A stretch of 64,000 nt of DNA. Origin: Oopsacas minuta (taxonomy: Eukaryota; Animalia; Porifera). Where the stretch lies: NCBI GenBank assembly GCA_024704765.1, contig JAKMXF010000099.1:672419-736418 (forward strand), read 5' to 3'. This document shows positions 1 to 12,140 of the stretch, piece after piece. How positions within the stretch are numbered: the stretch's first letter is position 1; every line of letters starts with the position of its first letter. Under the pieces are notes generated by a model. It was given only the letters and a program-made list of their open reading frames with translations. It made no database searches and was not told the DNA's origin. The translations under genes were made by a program, and so were the position numbers.

Positions 1-550
1 TAATCAGTGATTTCAATTACGGTTTCGGATTGAAGCCTTCATCTGAAGAATACCTGGATTTGTAAACAAATATATGAGAAGATATAAGGAGAGCTTACTC
101 GTACATGTTCTTTTGAAGACAATGTAAGTAACATCTTCGTTAGACCCTTGAGTCAGAGTGATCCTATCCTTGCTCAATAACCGGAAATATCAGAGGTCGA
201 AATGAAATAAATCAATTATCTTGTTTTGCAGAAATTGATCTCCCCTATAAAACTGGTCTGGGGGGACCAGTTCCTGCAAATTTCAAATTTAATGTAGAAT
301 TTGGTCCCCCTGTTTATCACTGATTGTGTTTGAATTTCGGTTAACACCGCACTTTTATAGATTCCTCAAATAATTCTTCATGTAATTAGCGACCTTTATA
401 TGACTTCAAAATTATTCTCATATTCATGTTGGATGAGTGAGCATACAACTGCTAGTTATACATACAAGGTTATGACTCATATTATTGATAGAAACGTTAA
501 TTTTTGTAATCGAAAATATTTCATCACAATATTTATTCTAACTACTATTC

Positions 551-1830
551 GTGATACCATTGGCAAACCTAATTGATCCACATGAATACGATGCAATAGA
601 AAATTATCTTAGGTTCCAATCGTACCCCTTGGGCTCAAACAAGAATGCAAAAAGGGTATTACGGAAGAAATTCTCTAAGTACTCCATAAAATCAGATCAA
701 TTGGTTGAGCTATCTGGAAGTACTTTTTTGCTTAGCGTTAAAGCTAGTCAAGTATCTGATATTTTAGAAGAAATTCATGACAAGGCAGGCCACCAGTGTT
801 CAAGATAATCATATAGGATTGCAAGTGAGAGATATTATTGGCCGATAATGTATTCAGACATATATCTATATGTAAAGAATTGTGTAGCGTGTCAAAAGAA
901 CCAACCTAGTTTAAAAGCACCAACTATGCCTTTGCTACCCCTCCCAGTGATAACAAGGTATGGTTTAGAGTTGGTATGGATCTAACTGGACCACTGATCG
1001 AATCACAAGGATACTTATATATACTGACTTTTATAGACCATTTCACTAAATGGATCGAAACCCGCCCCCTAAAATCGAAAAACGCGAAAGATGTGGCTAC
1101 AGATATATTTTTGATATATTGTTGACAAGGTGCCCCAGTCCAAATCATAAGTGATAACGGAACGGAATTTACGAACAATATTTCTAAAGCCCTTCAAGAA
1201 ATACACGGTTGTGAGTTAATATTTTCTGCTCCATACCATCCTCAAACGAATGGTCTAGTCGAATCTACCCACAAAGCTATAAAAGGTTCTTTAATGAGAT
1301 CAATGACTGATAAGAGGGAAGATTGGTCATATTATTTGGAACAAGTCACATATTCCATAAATATTCGTCCACGAAAGAACTCAATACTCAGCTTTTGAAT
1401 TAGTGCATGGCTGCCGGAAACCACGCCTCCCAATCGAAGCTGAAAGTCTATCTTTTCTTTATCCTGATGTCAATTTTGGGAATACATCAGATGAAAATGA
1501 CAACAATAACGACTTGATGATCTAGTACTAGCCATGAAAAGGGATCAACAAGAATCATTCTCTCATGCTGGTGAAAACCTTATCAATTCGAAGAAAAGAA
1601 TGAAAAGACAATACGACAAAAAGGTTAATCCGATCGCTACACAATTTGCAGTCGATGACGATGTACTCATAGAGAACATGTGCAGGAAGAAAAGCAAAGG
1701 AGGAAAGTTACAGGATAAATGGATTGGTCCATATCCAATCAAAGAAGTTTCTAGAAGTACAGTGCAAGTTTGCAAAGACAAAGCTTTAATCCGTGTGAAG
1801 AAAGCTAAGGCTAAACTCTGGAGAAGTACC
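551..1830 (+). pseudogene. Ginger transposase/integrase (HHCC zinc finger, DD35E core, GPY motif) with frameshifts and stops
   Basis: Across frames: IHDKAGH...CVACQ, RVGMDLTGP, IISDNGTEF-(35 aa)-YHPQTNGLVE, KWIGPY. Frameshifts near 800 and 955; in-frame TGA near 1123. Confidence 0.9.
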
Positions 1831-2096
1831 CCTAATTATGATGACACATCCTCAAGCAAAAGTATCAGAAAAGTGCCCGAAAATCGCGTCTTATCGTTCA
1901 AGAAGGATGGCTCGCCCACATCCATAACGTCTGAAGCATCAAAAATAGTTGGACCTACATCACAGGAACAAGAGAATAACACACAGCGACAAGAGGTTAT
2001 TCATCGACTCTTGTTGATGAAGGAAGGCGTAATTAAATCAATTCAAAAAATACTCCACTCTCTCCACTCCATAATGATCTCCTCCAGAGGTGTTAT

Positions 2097-3220
2097 ATGC
2101 CCTACAATGAATTATTCGATTGGAGAGTGCGACACTATTCTTCTACCTACGAAGGAGAAACTGCTTTCACGGATTATGACATTAATTTAGAAGTTTCTGA
2201 GATTTTGAACAAGTGGTACTTGGAAAGTCACGATATAAAGATAGCCCTTTACCAATATACCAGAGAAGAGTTAGACTTTTCATCATACTGGGAGAGAAAA
2301 AGTACAGATTACACTACTAAAATCCTGCTACCTGTAATCCAACAACTTTTGAGTAAATCTTGTCAATATGAAATCATAGATGCAAAGGTTCAAGGAATTG
2401 ATTGCACTTCAGAATCCCTGGAAGAGTGTTGTGCTGCTTGGGGAGAGGAATACAATGGAATTAGATTTGTGAACACTTGGCCAGTTGATAATTTTATCAC
2501 ATTGTTCAGCCTGCATTTCAAAACCCTCCTGTCATCAGTCAAGTTAACTTCTACGATCTCACCGAACATTGAAATGGTTTTTCAGATGGTGAATACAAAA
2601 AACTTCAACCAGCTAAAATACTGGTTCGCTACCAAGCTTGGTTTACAACTTATCGATTCCCAATACGACTTTATGGGATGCGAAGGAAATGTGGTTGGAT
2701 TATTGGATAATATTCATTTGTCTCCTAATCTATATGTGGTTGAATTCCAGTGTTGGAGCTGTTGTTGCATATCAGAAAAACGTCTTAACCTGTCCTCTAT
2801 ATAAGTTTCAGCAAAATTGTCAAACCACAATTGACCATCAGATTAATCAAAGTTACAAATGCCTCAAGTGCAGGGATACACATGCTAATAATGAGAAATT
2901 CTCTACACAATTTCTAAAAATTTCACCAATTATACTACTCGAAGTTGGTCATATTCCATCAGAGAATACCATCTGTCACAATCAAATTGAAGATAATCTA
3001 AGCATTAATCACATGAATACAATATTGCAGTATAGTCTATTCGGCTATACTATCCATGCTGGCTTACATTTTTTCATGAGGACAAAGATACAGGGCTGCT
3101 GGTATAATATGATGAATTAGAAAATCCAAAGCTCACACAAAAGGAAGCGGACAGGTCGATAAAGTTGGGACAAATCAACTGTGTCTTCTACACATTGACC
3201 GATGTCACAGATACGGAGTG
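2097..3220 (+). pseudogene. USP/peptidase C19-like (papain-fold) domain at the Ginger C-terminus, decayed
   Basis: NT[W]PVDNF in Cys-box position (TGG at 2478-2480), CWSC...CLKC zinc-finger pair, HAGLHF His-box (His 3067-3069), WY-YDE (3108-3116, after a frameshift), terminal INCVFY. Lies inside the Ginger TIRs, in reading order after the integrase. Confidence 0.55.
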
Positions 3221-3590
3221 ATCATGAACTTACTAATTATATGTATCCAGTCTATGTATACATTTAGCTTAGTAGAATTGACATTACAGTTCCAGAGCAA
3301 CCATATGATATCTAAGGGCTAAGAGTAATAATCAATTATTAATAGTTAGGAAGAATTATTAAAAGTGATGTGTAGCCAACGATTATTCATGTATTGCAAT
3401 TAACTAAGGAGCAACCAAATTCTGCAAGGGAAGTAGTATTTGCAGAAACTGGTCCCCCCGTAATAGTTTTGAAGTCATATTAAGGTCGCTAATTACATGA
3501 AGAATTGTTGAGGAATCTATAAAAGTGCAGTGTTAACTGAAATTTAACCACAATCAGTGATAAACATTGGGGACCAATTTCTGTAAAACA

Positions 3591-5414
3591 ACCTAGTTAA
3601 AGCAATGTTTTAGGAATATCCTCGAAAAAGCAGAGCCCTGTTACTTGATGCCTTCAAGAAAGTATTTAAGTAATATATTGTTGACAGGTCACTATGACAT
3701 CCTGTAACCAAGCATCAACAAATATCTCTTAATTGCATCAAAAGTGTGTTTGACAGTGGACATCTAGACCAATCGGCAAATGAGATCTTAGTCTTGTGTG
3801 ACTCTACACTATTTAGTAGATTTGATATTTGGAAGTGTACGCTGTCATGTCGTCGATTTCGAGTTTCCATATAGGCGAAAACATCTTACAACCTTTTGAG
3901 AAATAGTAGCGTTGTTCCCTTTTATTGGAATAGTTTACAAGGTGATAACTGATAACGCAAGCCATGTGAATAAACCTTTCCGTTTGCGCGATATAAACGA
4001 TGGTGAGGATCAGCCTGACAGCTCTGAAATAAGGATTGTGATGATGAAGTTGTATGCTTGCCTGTAGAAACAGATGGAATGACAGCCAACTTGCTTTTGA
4101 TCCTTTAGTACCCAGACATCATTCATGTTTCGATCATACCTTACAACTGGTTGTGAAATATTGTCTGAAGAATGCTGGTCCAATTCAAAGGACATTGAGC
4201 AAGATTTATAAACTTGTGTCTGCTATCGCCACTCTTCACAAGCCTGGGATCAATTCGAGAAGGATCTTAGACTACAAATGGCTGATGAAACTAGATGGAG
4301 TTTCCAGCTAAAATTTATAAAGTCCTTACTGTTTGTCTCTGACTCTGATATCCGATGCTTGACTACGATGGTAAACTCAATGTTAATGAAATTGATGTTA
4401 CACAAAGGATCGTTTAGAAATTCTTATCCAATTAAAATCTGCAACATATTTGTCGCAGGGTGAGAATGAAGTAACTGCCAGCGTATTACTACCTGTGATT
4501 CGTGAACTTCAAATGCAATTACACGGTTGGAAGAAATATATACACAACATTAGTAACAACCCTCAAGTCATCACTTGAATCCCGCCTTTCCAATTTGAGG
4601 AAGCCCTGTCCTTATACCTAGCTCTTGTAACAAGTCATTATTGAGAAAATAATCTATATTACATCTTAAGCTCTGAAGTTTAACATGGTAGAAACGCTTA
4701 TATCTTTAAAAGCCCCGCCAGAATAGAAAAGGTTAAAAATTTTGAATATATACAAATTTCTTCCTGTTCATGTCAAGTCTCAGACCTAGTTGACAATTCA
4801 TCTAACATAATAAAAGTTGGAGAAAACTACACCATGTTTGTCAGAAGACGCTGACCATCTCCAATTTTCCATGAAAAATGAATCAAAATATTTAGAACTA
4901 TCTCATCTAGCATGTTCATATTTTAAAATTCTAGCTTGCATCAATGGAACGATTATTATCCATCGCAGAAATAATATTTCGTCCAGATAGGTCCCTATTA
5001 TCTGACCAATTGTTCGAAAGCTTATGTTTATTCTAGCAAATAGTGATGAACATTAGACTCATTCTATATTAGTTATTATTTATTAACTAAGGTCTAGATC
5101 CCCATAAAACTAATTATATTATCGAAATTGTTGGATTTCATAGTTTCATATATTTGTTAGATGCGAAATACTAGAATTCGATTAATTGGCAACACTAGTG
5201 TACATAGTCAAAATGGTTAATGTGTTTAACTTAGTTCTATTTTTATCTGGTCAACGTCTTCCAATTTGTGTCGTAGACACAGCATGTTCGTTATCGTTAT
5301 CGTTATGGTTATTATACTTAAAATTTCATTTTTTGTAATCGTAATCATTCCGAAATATCATGTCGTAATCGTAATTGTAATCGTAATCATTTCAAATTAA
5401 TCGGCCACGACCCT
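3591..5414 (+). mobile_element. hAT-Ac (ZBED1/4-like) transposon remnant; its 5' part probably lies at 1-221, interrupted by the Ginger
   Basis: Degenerate motifs CLTVDI*TNRQMRS, VITDNAS, CFDHTLQLVV, DETRW, and a hATC-like MERLLSIAEIIFRPDR. GTAATC subterminal repeats (about 5335-5390) end at CCACGACCCT (5414). BED-finger-like RTC...SNIFVRPLSQSDP near 100-160. Confidence 0.6.
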
Positions 5415-5479
5415 TTCAATTTCAAATCCCATCAGGTAATTCTTTTTGTTAACAGAATTGGGTCCTCTCTATTTACAGT

Positions 5480-6200
5480 CATTTTGAATAACAGTATACT
5501 ATTTCTTCCGAATGAAACCTCATCTTCGTCTTCTCTCACCTGATGGTGCTGTTATCGATTCCCCTACCCCAACCGCAGTTCCGTTGGTCTACTACGACAC
5601 GAAAGTGCAGCCTGGGATATTCTTTTACATTTGTAACATTGCACTGATTGAAGTAACAAATATCACCCAGTTGCTTTCCTCCACAATAGTCGTAAAGTGC
5701 TATTGTTCCACTTCTCGACACTACTTTGTCTTGATGAAGCTAACAAAGATGCAAACTTTGGTCTTCTTGCAGATGACTCAGCAACTTCAGAATCTTGAGC
5801 TAACTCAAAAACCCTTTGAAAAGTCAGGTTCTGCTATAGTCTCCTTTGGAGCTCTTAGTTTCTTGCTCTACAGACCAATCAATCTAGTAGTATGTTGTCC
5901 AATGATGCCTACAACTTGTAATGTTCTGATAGTTTCACAAGTCAGCTACAAATATTTGCATTGATTTCTTTGAAAACTAGCGTTGTATTAATAACGTACG
6001 ACAATATCTGATGATGCTGGAGGATAATGGCCCCTGCCTGTATCATAATCCCGACAAATGTTTTTCGCATTTCGTTTCCCTCGTTTAATTAGATTACGGA
6101 TAACTAAGTAGATTCGTACAACAACTTAAGAGGATCTCCCTCCTTTCCATCTGATTATAATTATCTCCATCATTTGCCACAAAATAGTTCTCCAGCCCTT
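5480..6200 (-). pseudogene. Gypsy (Mag/K02A2.6-like) gag remnant
   Basis: Across frames a double zinc knuckle YDYCGGKQLGDIC / VQCYKCKRISQAALSCRS, followed by VREDEDE. Many stops and frameshifts. Confidence 0.45.
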
Positions 6201-6243
6201 CGTTGTAGGGTATCCAATCCCCACGACAAGGCTCAAACTCGAA

Positions 6244-6252
6244 CTGCTACCA
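6244..6252 (-). promoter_or_regulatory. Possible primer-binding site TGGTAGCAG (complementary to the initiator tRNA-Met 3' end)
   Basis: 9-nt match just upstream of the gag remnant. No clear LTR pair found. Confidence 0.25.
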
Positions 6253-6300
6253 AACTTTAATATTGTAATGAAATTGCGCTATTACCTTTGTCACAACGTG

Positions 6301-6485
6301 CAGGGGTTTATCTAGGTGCTTGGCTGGCACCTAAAAGTGCCAGTTCAGCGACCATATAGTACAGAGGTTCCTGCCATGAGACTCAAATTAGTCAGGATCA
6401 ATTTGTCACCGTCCAAGAAAGTGCCATCCCAGGAGAGCCAGGATAAGAAAAAGTGCCGGTCCAGTAATATATCTATAAACCCCTG
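6301..6485. mobile_element. hAT-type MITE (185 bp)
   Basis: TIR CAGGGGTTTAT/ATAAACCCCTG; 8-bp TSD ACAACGTG/ACAACGTA (7/8). Confidence 0.85.
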
Positions 6486-6539
6486 ACAACGTATAATTAT
6501 AATCATATGTGCAAGGAAAAGCTACATAATGAAACAATT

Positions 6540-6770
6540 ATCAAGTTTAATTACCTTAAGTTTATATCCTGGGAATTTGCAGTAGAAGGTAATTCCTAAT
6601 TTACTATACTGTTCGAATAATTGTTCCTCTCATGTAATGATACTCAACAGATTATCCGGTGGCACTGTATGTAAATGACTAATTACAGTGTACCATCCAT
6701 TTATTGCTCCCTGTAGTTGAGGAATTCGTATAATTTTCAGGCTAATCTTGATGGTTTTCTAATCACTATT
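6540..6770 (-). pseudogene. PIF/Harbinger nuclease (HARBI1-like) remnant
   Basis: IPQLQGAING...PPDN...KFPG resembles the FPxxxGAIDGTH...GxPG motifs; heavily degraded. Confidence 0.3.
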
Positions 6771-6889
6771 CCTGAGTTGTGAAGTACTCAAGATAATCAC
6801 ACCTTTATCGCGAACAAATTCTGATTGCAAAATTATCAAATATATTGATATCAGCGTTTACAACATAACTCAACTAAGAGCGTTTGATA

Positions 6890-8223
6890 CAGGGGCATTC
6901 AATAAATACTAATCATACCATCTAAAACTATAGATACTTGTGTAAAGTTGGTAATTTTGCTATGAATGATCAAAGTAGTCTCCTTTATACGCTACAACTG
7001 AATTTAGCCTTTTAATCCAATTTTCAAATGTCTTTCTGTACTCATCCTTGGGAATGACTTCAAGGTATCTGTAAATTGCCCGACCGAGGCTGAGCCGATC
7101 CTCAAATTCGCGTCCGGAGAGGTTATCTTTGAGTTTTCTAAACAGCCAGAAGTCACATGGGGCTATATCAGGGGAGTAAGGTGGATGTGGAACTTCGTGC
7201 ATACCCATATCTTTAATTTTTTGCCTTACAGCCAAAGATTTATGCGGTTTAGCATTATCGTGCAAAATTTTGAGACCACGAGTTCCAGTCTTTGGACGAC
7301 GCTTAAGATAATGTTTTTCGACCTCAGGCAACACCACATCTGCGTAAAATTGTCCTGTGAGTGTCTGACCTTTGGGAACAGAGATTTGGGCTACAGGACC
7401 TAGGCCATCGAAAAATATGCAGTACAAGACCTTCGGGGCACGGAAGTCGGATACACAAACAGCTGGGGGTACCTCTCACTTCTTTAGCCAAACCCTACCA
7501 TCTTGCTTTCTGATCGGTGGTTTGAATTGTATCCATGTTTCATCTCCTGTTACTATCTCTAATAACCGCCTAGGGTCACTTCCTTCATAAATTTCAAGGT
7601 TTTCCTTAGCCATTTGGAGTCTCGCGGCCTTTTGTGGAAAAGTTAAGCAATGTGGTACCCATCGCACTTGGACCTTCCTCAGTTCTAAATCCGCCTTCAG
7701 AATTGTGTGTGCACTTCCCATTGAAATGCCAACATAGTTAGCTACCTCCTCAACCGAAGAATGCGGAAAAGACTCGACATATTCCTTTACTTCACTCAAT
7801 TTGTCATTGTTGGTCGCCAGTTTTGGTGCTCCAGGACGAGGGGCGTCTTGGACAGAGGTCCTACCTTCCCTAAATAGGCTCACCCACCTTCTGACAGTTG
7901 AATACGATAAAGTATCTTCTCCACATATCGTTGCCAACTCGTCATGAATAGACTTTGGAGGGATTTCGAGAATGGTGCGAAATTTGATGTACGTTCGTTG
8001 TTCAAGTTCCGAAAATTTGGACAAGAAGCCATGAAAAATGTAAAGGAGAAAATGTAGGTTTCTAAAAATAACTGAAACTTAGGAAATAATTAAGTGATCA
8101 ACTCTCTCTAAGTTTTGTTAGAAAGTTGAAATATGGCTCTATATAATTGCACTGAGAAATACTAGCATAGAACTGCTATTTCATTAAAAATATACAGTGA
8201 TTAGTATATATTGAATGCCCCTG
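6890..8223 (-). mobile_element. mariner (DD34D) transposon, full length, one in-frame stop in the core
   Basis: 26-bp TIR CAGGGGCATTCAAT(A/T)AATACTAATCA-type with 1 mismatch; TA TSD (6888-89, 8224-25). ORFs 7476-8024 and 6960-7427 are in the same frame, joined across a single TGA. Motifs WVPHCL, GDETW, HDNAKPH-34-YSPDIAPCD. Confidence 0.95.
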
Positions 8224-9047
8224 TAATTATGAGAATTTTTGCTCTCAATTAATCATGGTGTAATTAGACTCTATATAAATACTTTTCGGTTGCTCCTTGT
8301 AACTCCGAATTCCAGATGTTTATTGATATTATCTTGTCTACATGGGTTTAAAAATTTCTTAGGTTTTAACGGCTCCAAGGCTCTTAGGATTTTGTGATCA
8401 GTTTAATTTCCGAAATATCAGTTCTTTACCGCGATTTTGACCACGATATCATTTATTCCTTTGAATATCTTATTTATTAAAATCGTGATTGTATTCGGGC
8501 CCAACGGTACCAAACAGTGATGGATCTATGCATTTTTCAATTCTTGATTATTTGAAAGTAGTTCTTTAAGCACTATTTTAATTTTTCCTTTGTTAACCTA
8601 TACTTGTTTTCAATATTTGCAGGGGTCTAATCTCCTGTATCTGGTAGTCTTGTCTAAGGGATTCCCAAATCTTAAATCTGTCTGGACCCCAGAAGTTCCA
8701 TTACCTCTATTTACAAACTCTTTTAAATTATAATTTCGAGATGATTCCATATCGAAAGAGATTTATTCAAAACTATCTGTCTGTAAAACACTTGTTTGAC
8801 ATCGTGTATTCGTATTACAGCTATTGTCGACTCTATCATAGGGAAATATTCTGAAAAGTATGACTTCCTTTTGATAATTTATTTGGATCCCCCGAGATTC
8901 GAACGGAAATCCTTAGACAAATTTGTGTTAATGATATTCTTTATATATTTGAGTCCTAACTTGTGAAGGTTGGGTGCAACTGTACCTCTAAGTCTAAGTT
9001 TCTTTCCCTTATAAATATACTCTCCTTTCAATATTTATATCATCTAG

Positions 9048-9235
9048 ACAATGTTACTGAGGTGGAAGTCAACGATCTTTTCCAAGAGATCATGATAATG
9101 AAGAAGATTGGAAATCATCCACACATAGTTAAGCTTTTGGGATATGTGATACAAGTACGTCCACTTTGTTTAATATTGGAATATATTCCTTTTGGCGACC
9201 TTCTAACTCTATTAAGAAAATTACGCACAGAAAAG
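9048..9235 (+). CDS. Receptor tyrosine kinase exon (alphaC to hinge, subdomains III-V)
   Basis: TAG|AC acceptor (phase 1), AAG|GTAAT donor (phase 0). Encodes (D)NVTEVEVNDLFQEIMIMKKIGNHPHIVKLLGYVIQVRPLCLILEYIPFGDLLTLLRKLRTEK, an FGFR/RET-like pattern, with no stops. Confidence 0.88.
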
Positions 9236-9356
9236 GTAATTCATAATCTATTATCTGTCAATCTATATTGATGAATACAATTTCATTTTATAATTCAAAG
9301 AGAGGAACTAGACAAAGTTTTGTTCGAAATTTTCTAATTATTCTAACTAATGACTG

Positions 9357-12140
9357 CAGTGGCGTAGCCAGCCCAACATGATTGCCCGGGAACTATACAC
9401 AACATAAAGTGCTTTTTATTAGGCCTTGGGATTATTATATCAGTAACTACTAATTGCCAACCAATAATCAATTATATACGTCACTATGTAATACAATGAA
9501 ACACATGCATCTGTTTATGCTAAAATTATTCTCCTATTTTTATGTAATTCACCGAATTTAGTAACGACATCATCTAGAGATACTGACTCGTCAGCTCCTT
9601 TACAATTGCAATAATGGCAAGATCAGTGAGCCACTGTTCACTCATTGTCGACCTAAGATAAGTCTTTATCCTTTTGAGTGCTGAAAATGATCTCTCACAT
9701 TGCGCTGTGCTTATGGAAATAGTCAGGGAAATCTGGATAGCATTCAACAAAGTCGGGAATGCATCCCTTAATGGTAAGAGTTTAAGGAATAAATCATCAA
9801 TACTTTTCATCTCTGCATTTCCTAGGGTACGCTTTGCTAATATTGATTCCATACGCAGTGATTCGTATTCAAGATTGTAAAAGAGTGCGAAAGATTCCAT
9901 TCGAATTGGATCCATAAAGTATTCTGATTGCGGATTAAATGAATGTATTGCCATCATAATGTCTGTGCTTCCTTTACTAAAACGACGATTTAGCTCTTCC
10001 AAGAAGGTGTCCAATATAGGAAAATAGAGATTAACTTTATATTGCTGAATGTTTGAAAGGGATTCCCTTGTTCCAGTAGGTGCAAAGACGGTGAAATCTT
10101 TCAAGTGTTGAGGAAGTCGTCTCTGTCTTGGTTCCTGATATTTTGTAATATCTATATTATTGGATCTGGCTACGTTCTCAGAATATCTGAATATCTTCTC
10201 CCATTCTTCATCGGTACGAAAATATCCGAGTGTTGACACTGTTGATGAAACTAAATCAGTTGCGTTAGCCAAATTAACTTGTGGAGACTGCAGATAGTCT
10301 GATAAACTCTTAGTGCAAGTCAGTATTCTATCAAACAAGATGAGTAATAGCAAAAACTTAAAACTTTTGATCTGAAGAAGAAGGCCTATTGCCCTAACAG
10401 CATTATCTCGGTTTATTCCACCAGAAACTTCTTCCAAGGTAGCAATGAATCATAAGTGTGGCAAATCGCATTAACAGAACCTTGCCTGCAGGTCCATCTT
10501 GTATCTGATAGCTTTGGTAGCTGACGTACTTGCTTCTCTGGGTGAAGCTCCTTTTGCATTGACACGAAGATCGTATGTGCTTTAGAGGAAGAAATGAATA
10601 CACAGAGAGCCTCAAGAATAAGAAAAAAACACAAACAAATTGAATCTTCTTTACGCAGTCAACGAGAACTAAGTTTACTCTGTGTGCATAGCAATGGATG
10701 TACATTGCATAGGGATATATTTCTTTCATTCGCTGCTGCACACCGTGACAGTTTCCACTCATGACAGCAGCTCCATCATATCCTTGAGATACGATACAAG
10801 CACGATCCAACCCATGTTTATTGAGAGTGGATATGAGGTAAGTTGTCAAACTCTCAGCAGTTAGACTAGTTGCGTCCACGAAAGTAAGGAATCTCTCATG
10901 AATGTTTGCCTTGTCGTCAACCTACCTAACAATAATAGCCAGTTGCTCCTTCTTGCTTTCATCTTTTGATTCGTCTGCAAGCAGCGAAAAGAAATTCGCT
11001 TTCCGTACACTATCACAAATTTTTGTTCTAAGCATGTCACCCATGATATTTAATAACAAATTCTGAACTTCTGGTGAACGATAAGTTGCATTTTGTGGGC
11101 CATTTTCTAATCTATGTTGGATAATTGGGTCATGGTTGCCAATAACTTGCAGTACCTCAAAAGAGTTTCCTTTGTTCAGTGAATTTTCGGATTCATCATG
11201 TCCTCGGTAGGCAATTTCAAGGCGACTACACAAGAGTATAACTTCGGCGATACTCTTAATATAATGTCTGTTTAGACGGATCTGCTCACTTCTTGACGAA
11301 TTAATGCGACTCTCAATTGATGTACCAATCCTTTCATTTTGTTTATATTCATGCCATGAAGCCATCGCGTTGATGTGTGTAAGGCATTTATCATAACAGT
11401 GGAAGGTAGCATCTCTTCCTGTTGCATGCTTCCAGTATCTAATCCCACACTTTTAAACGCATCCTCAGTTCTACCACTTACAGCATTAAAAATGTGGTAT
11501 GAGGAGCAGAAACCAGCGTCTCTTTCTACCGAGTATTCCAACCAACTAAAAGTGACAAACCAATCTGGATTGAATTGTCTTTTCTTGGTTCCCACTAATG
11601 TTGAAGGAAATCGACGAGTATGTCGATTGGGCTGAACCGGCTTATCATTAGGCCCTTGGGCAATATCTAAAGGTGGCTGAAGATTGACATTGGGAATTTC
11701 AGGTGAAATTGATAATTACGGTGGTGCCATACTGGGTAGTGTTGTTTCCTCAATTGGATCAGAACTGACAAGATTAGTAGTATCACATGTAGGCACGAAG
11801 TCAGGCTCTTGTGCTTCCTGAGAATGAGAATGGTAAATATTATGATAAGTATTATCAATATCATCTTCAGAAGTTATCTTTATTCTCTTGTAAGTGGCAA
11901 ACAAAGCTAGCTGCGAGCTGTTGGTAATGTTAAATTTTCGAGACATATATGCTAATTACTAAATATAATAAATCGTAGAATAGTAAATTAGGTAAAAAAG
12001 TAAGAGTAATTGATATATGTAATATAACAATTAATAGGGGTAAACTGATGTGAGTGCACAGACATAATATTTATTGCCTGGGTACAGAGAGAAGTTGCCC
12101 GGGCACAGGCCCGGCAGGCCCGTGCTTAGCTACGCCACTG
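9357..12140 (-). mobile_element. hAT transposon (ZMYM1/DUF4371-like, Tip100-type), frameshifted transposase
   Basis: TIR CAGTGGCGTAGC/GCTACGCCACTG. ORF fragments carry a TTF-type finger (FSWLEYSVERDAGFC), YRGHDES, LADESKD, GYDGAAVMSG, HCYAHRVNL, DTRW and CERSFSALKRIKTYLRSTM. Confidence 0.92.

Larger units (their letters stand above)
222..3590 (+). mobile_element. Ginger-type DNA transposon (gypsy-like integrase with TIRs), decayed
   Basis: Termini TGTTTTGCAGAAATTGATC (222) and GACCAATTTCTGTAAAACA (to 3590), i.e. TGT...ACA. Imperfect long TIRs (about 290-412 vs about 3463-3585). 4-bp flanks ATCT/ACCT (3/4 match). Internal integrase present, no RT/RNaseH. Confidence 0.85.

Noticed and set aside
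551-1830. Integrases (here and at 33.6-35.4 kb) read as LTR-retrotransposon pol genes
   Set aside because: No RT, RNase H or protease is present and there are no direct LTRs; the elements have inverted termini, 4-bp TSDs and, in one case, introns, which fits Ginger DNA transposons.
1-9047. Upstream kinase exon (GxGxxG/VAVK) and downstream WSFG exon (62185-64000)
   Set aside because: Not found by eye; presumably outside the window.
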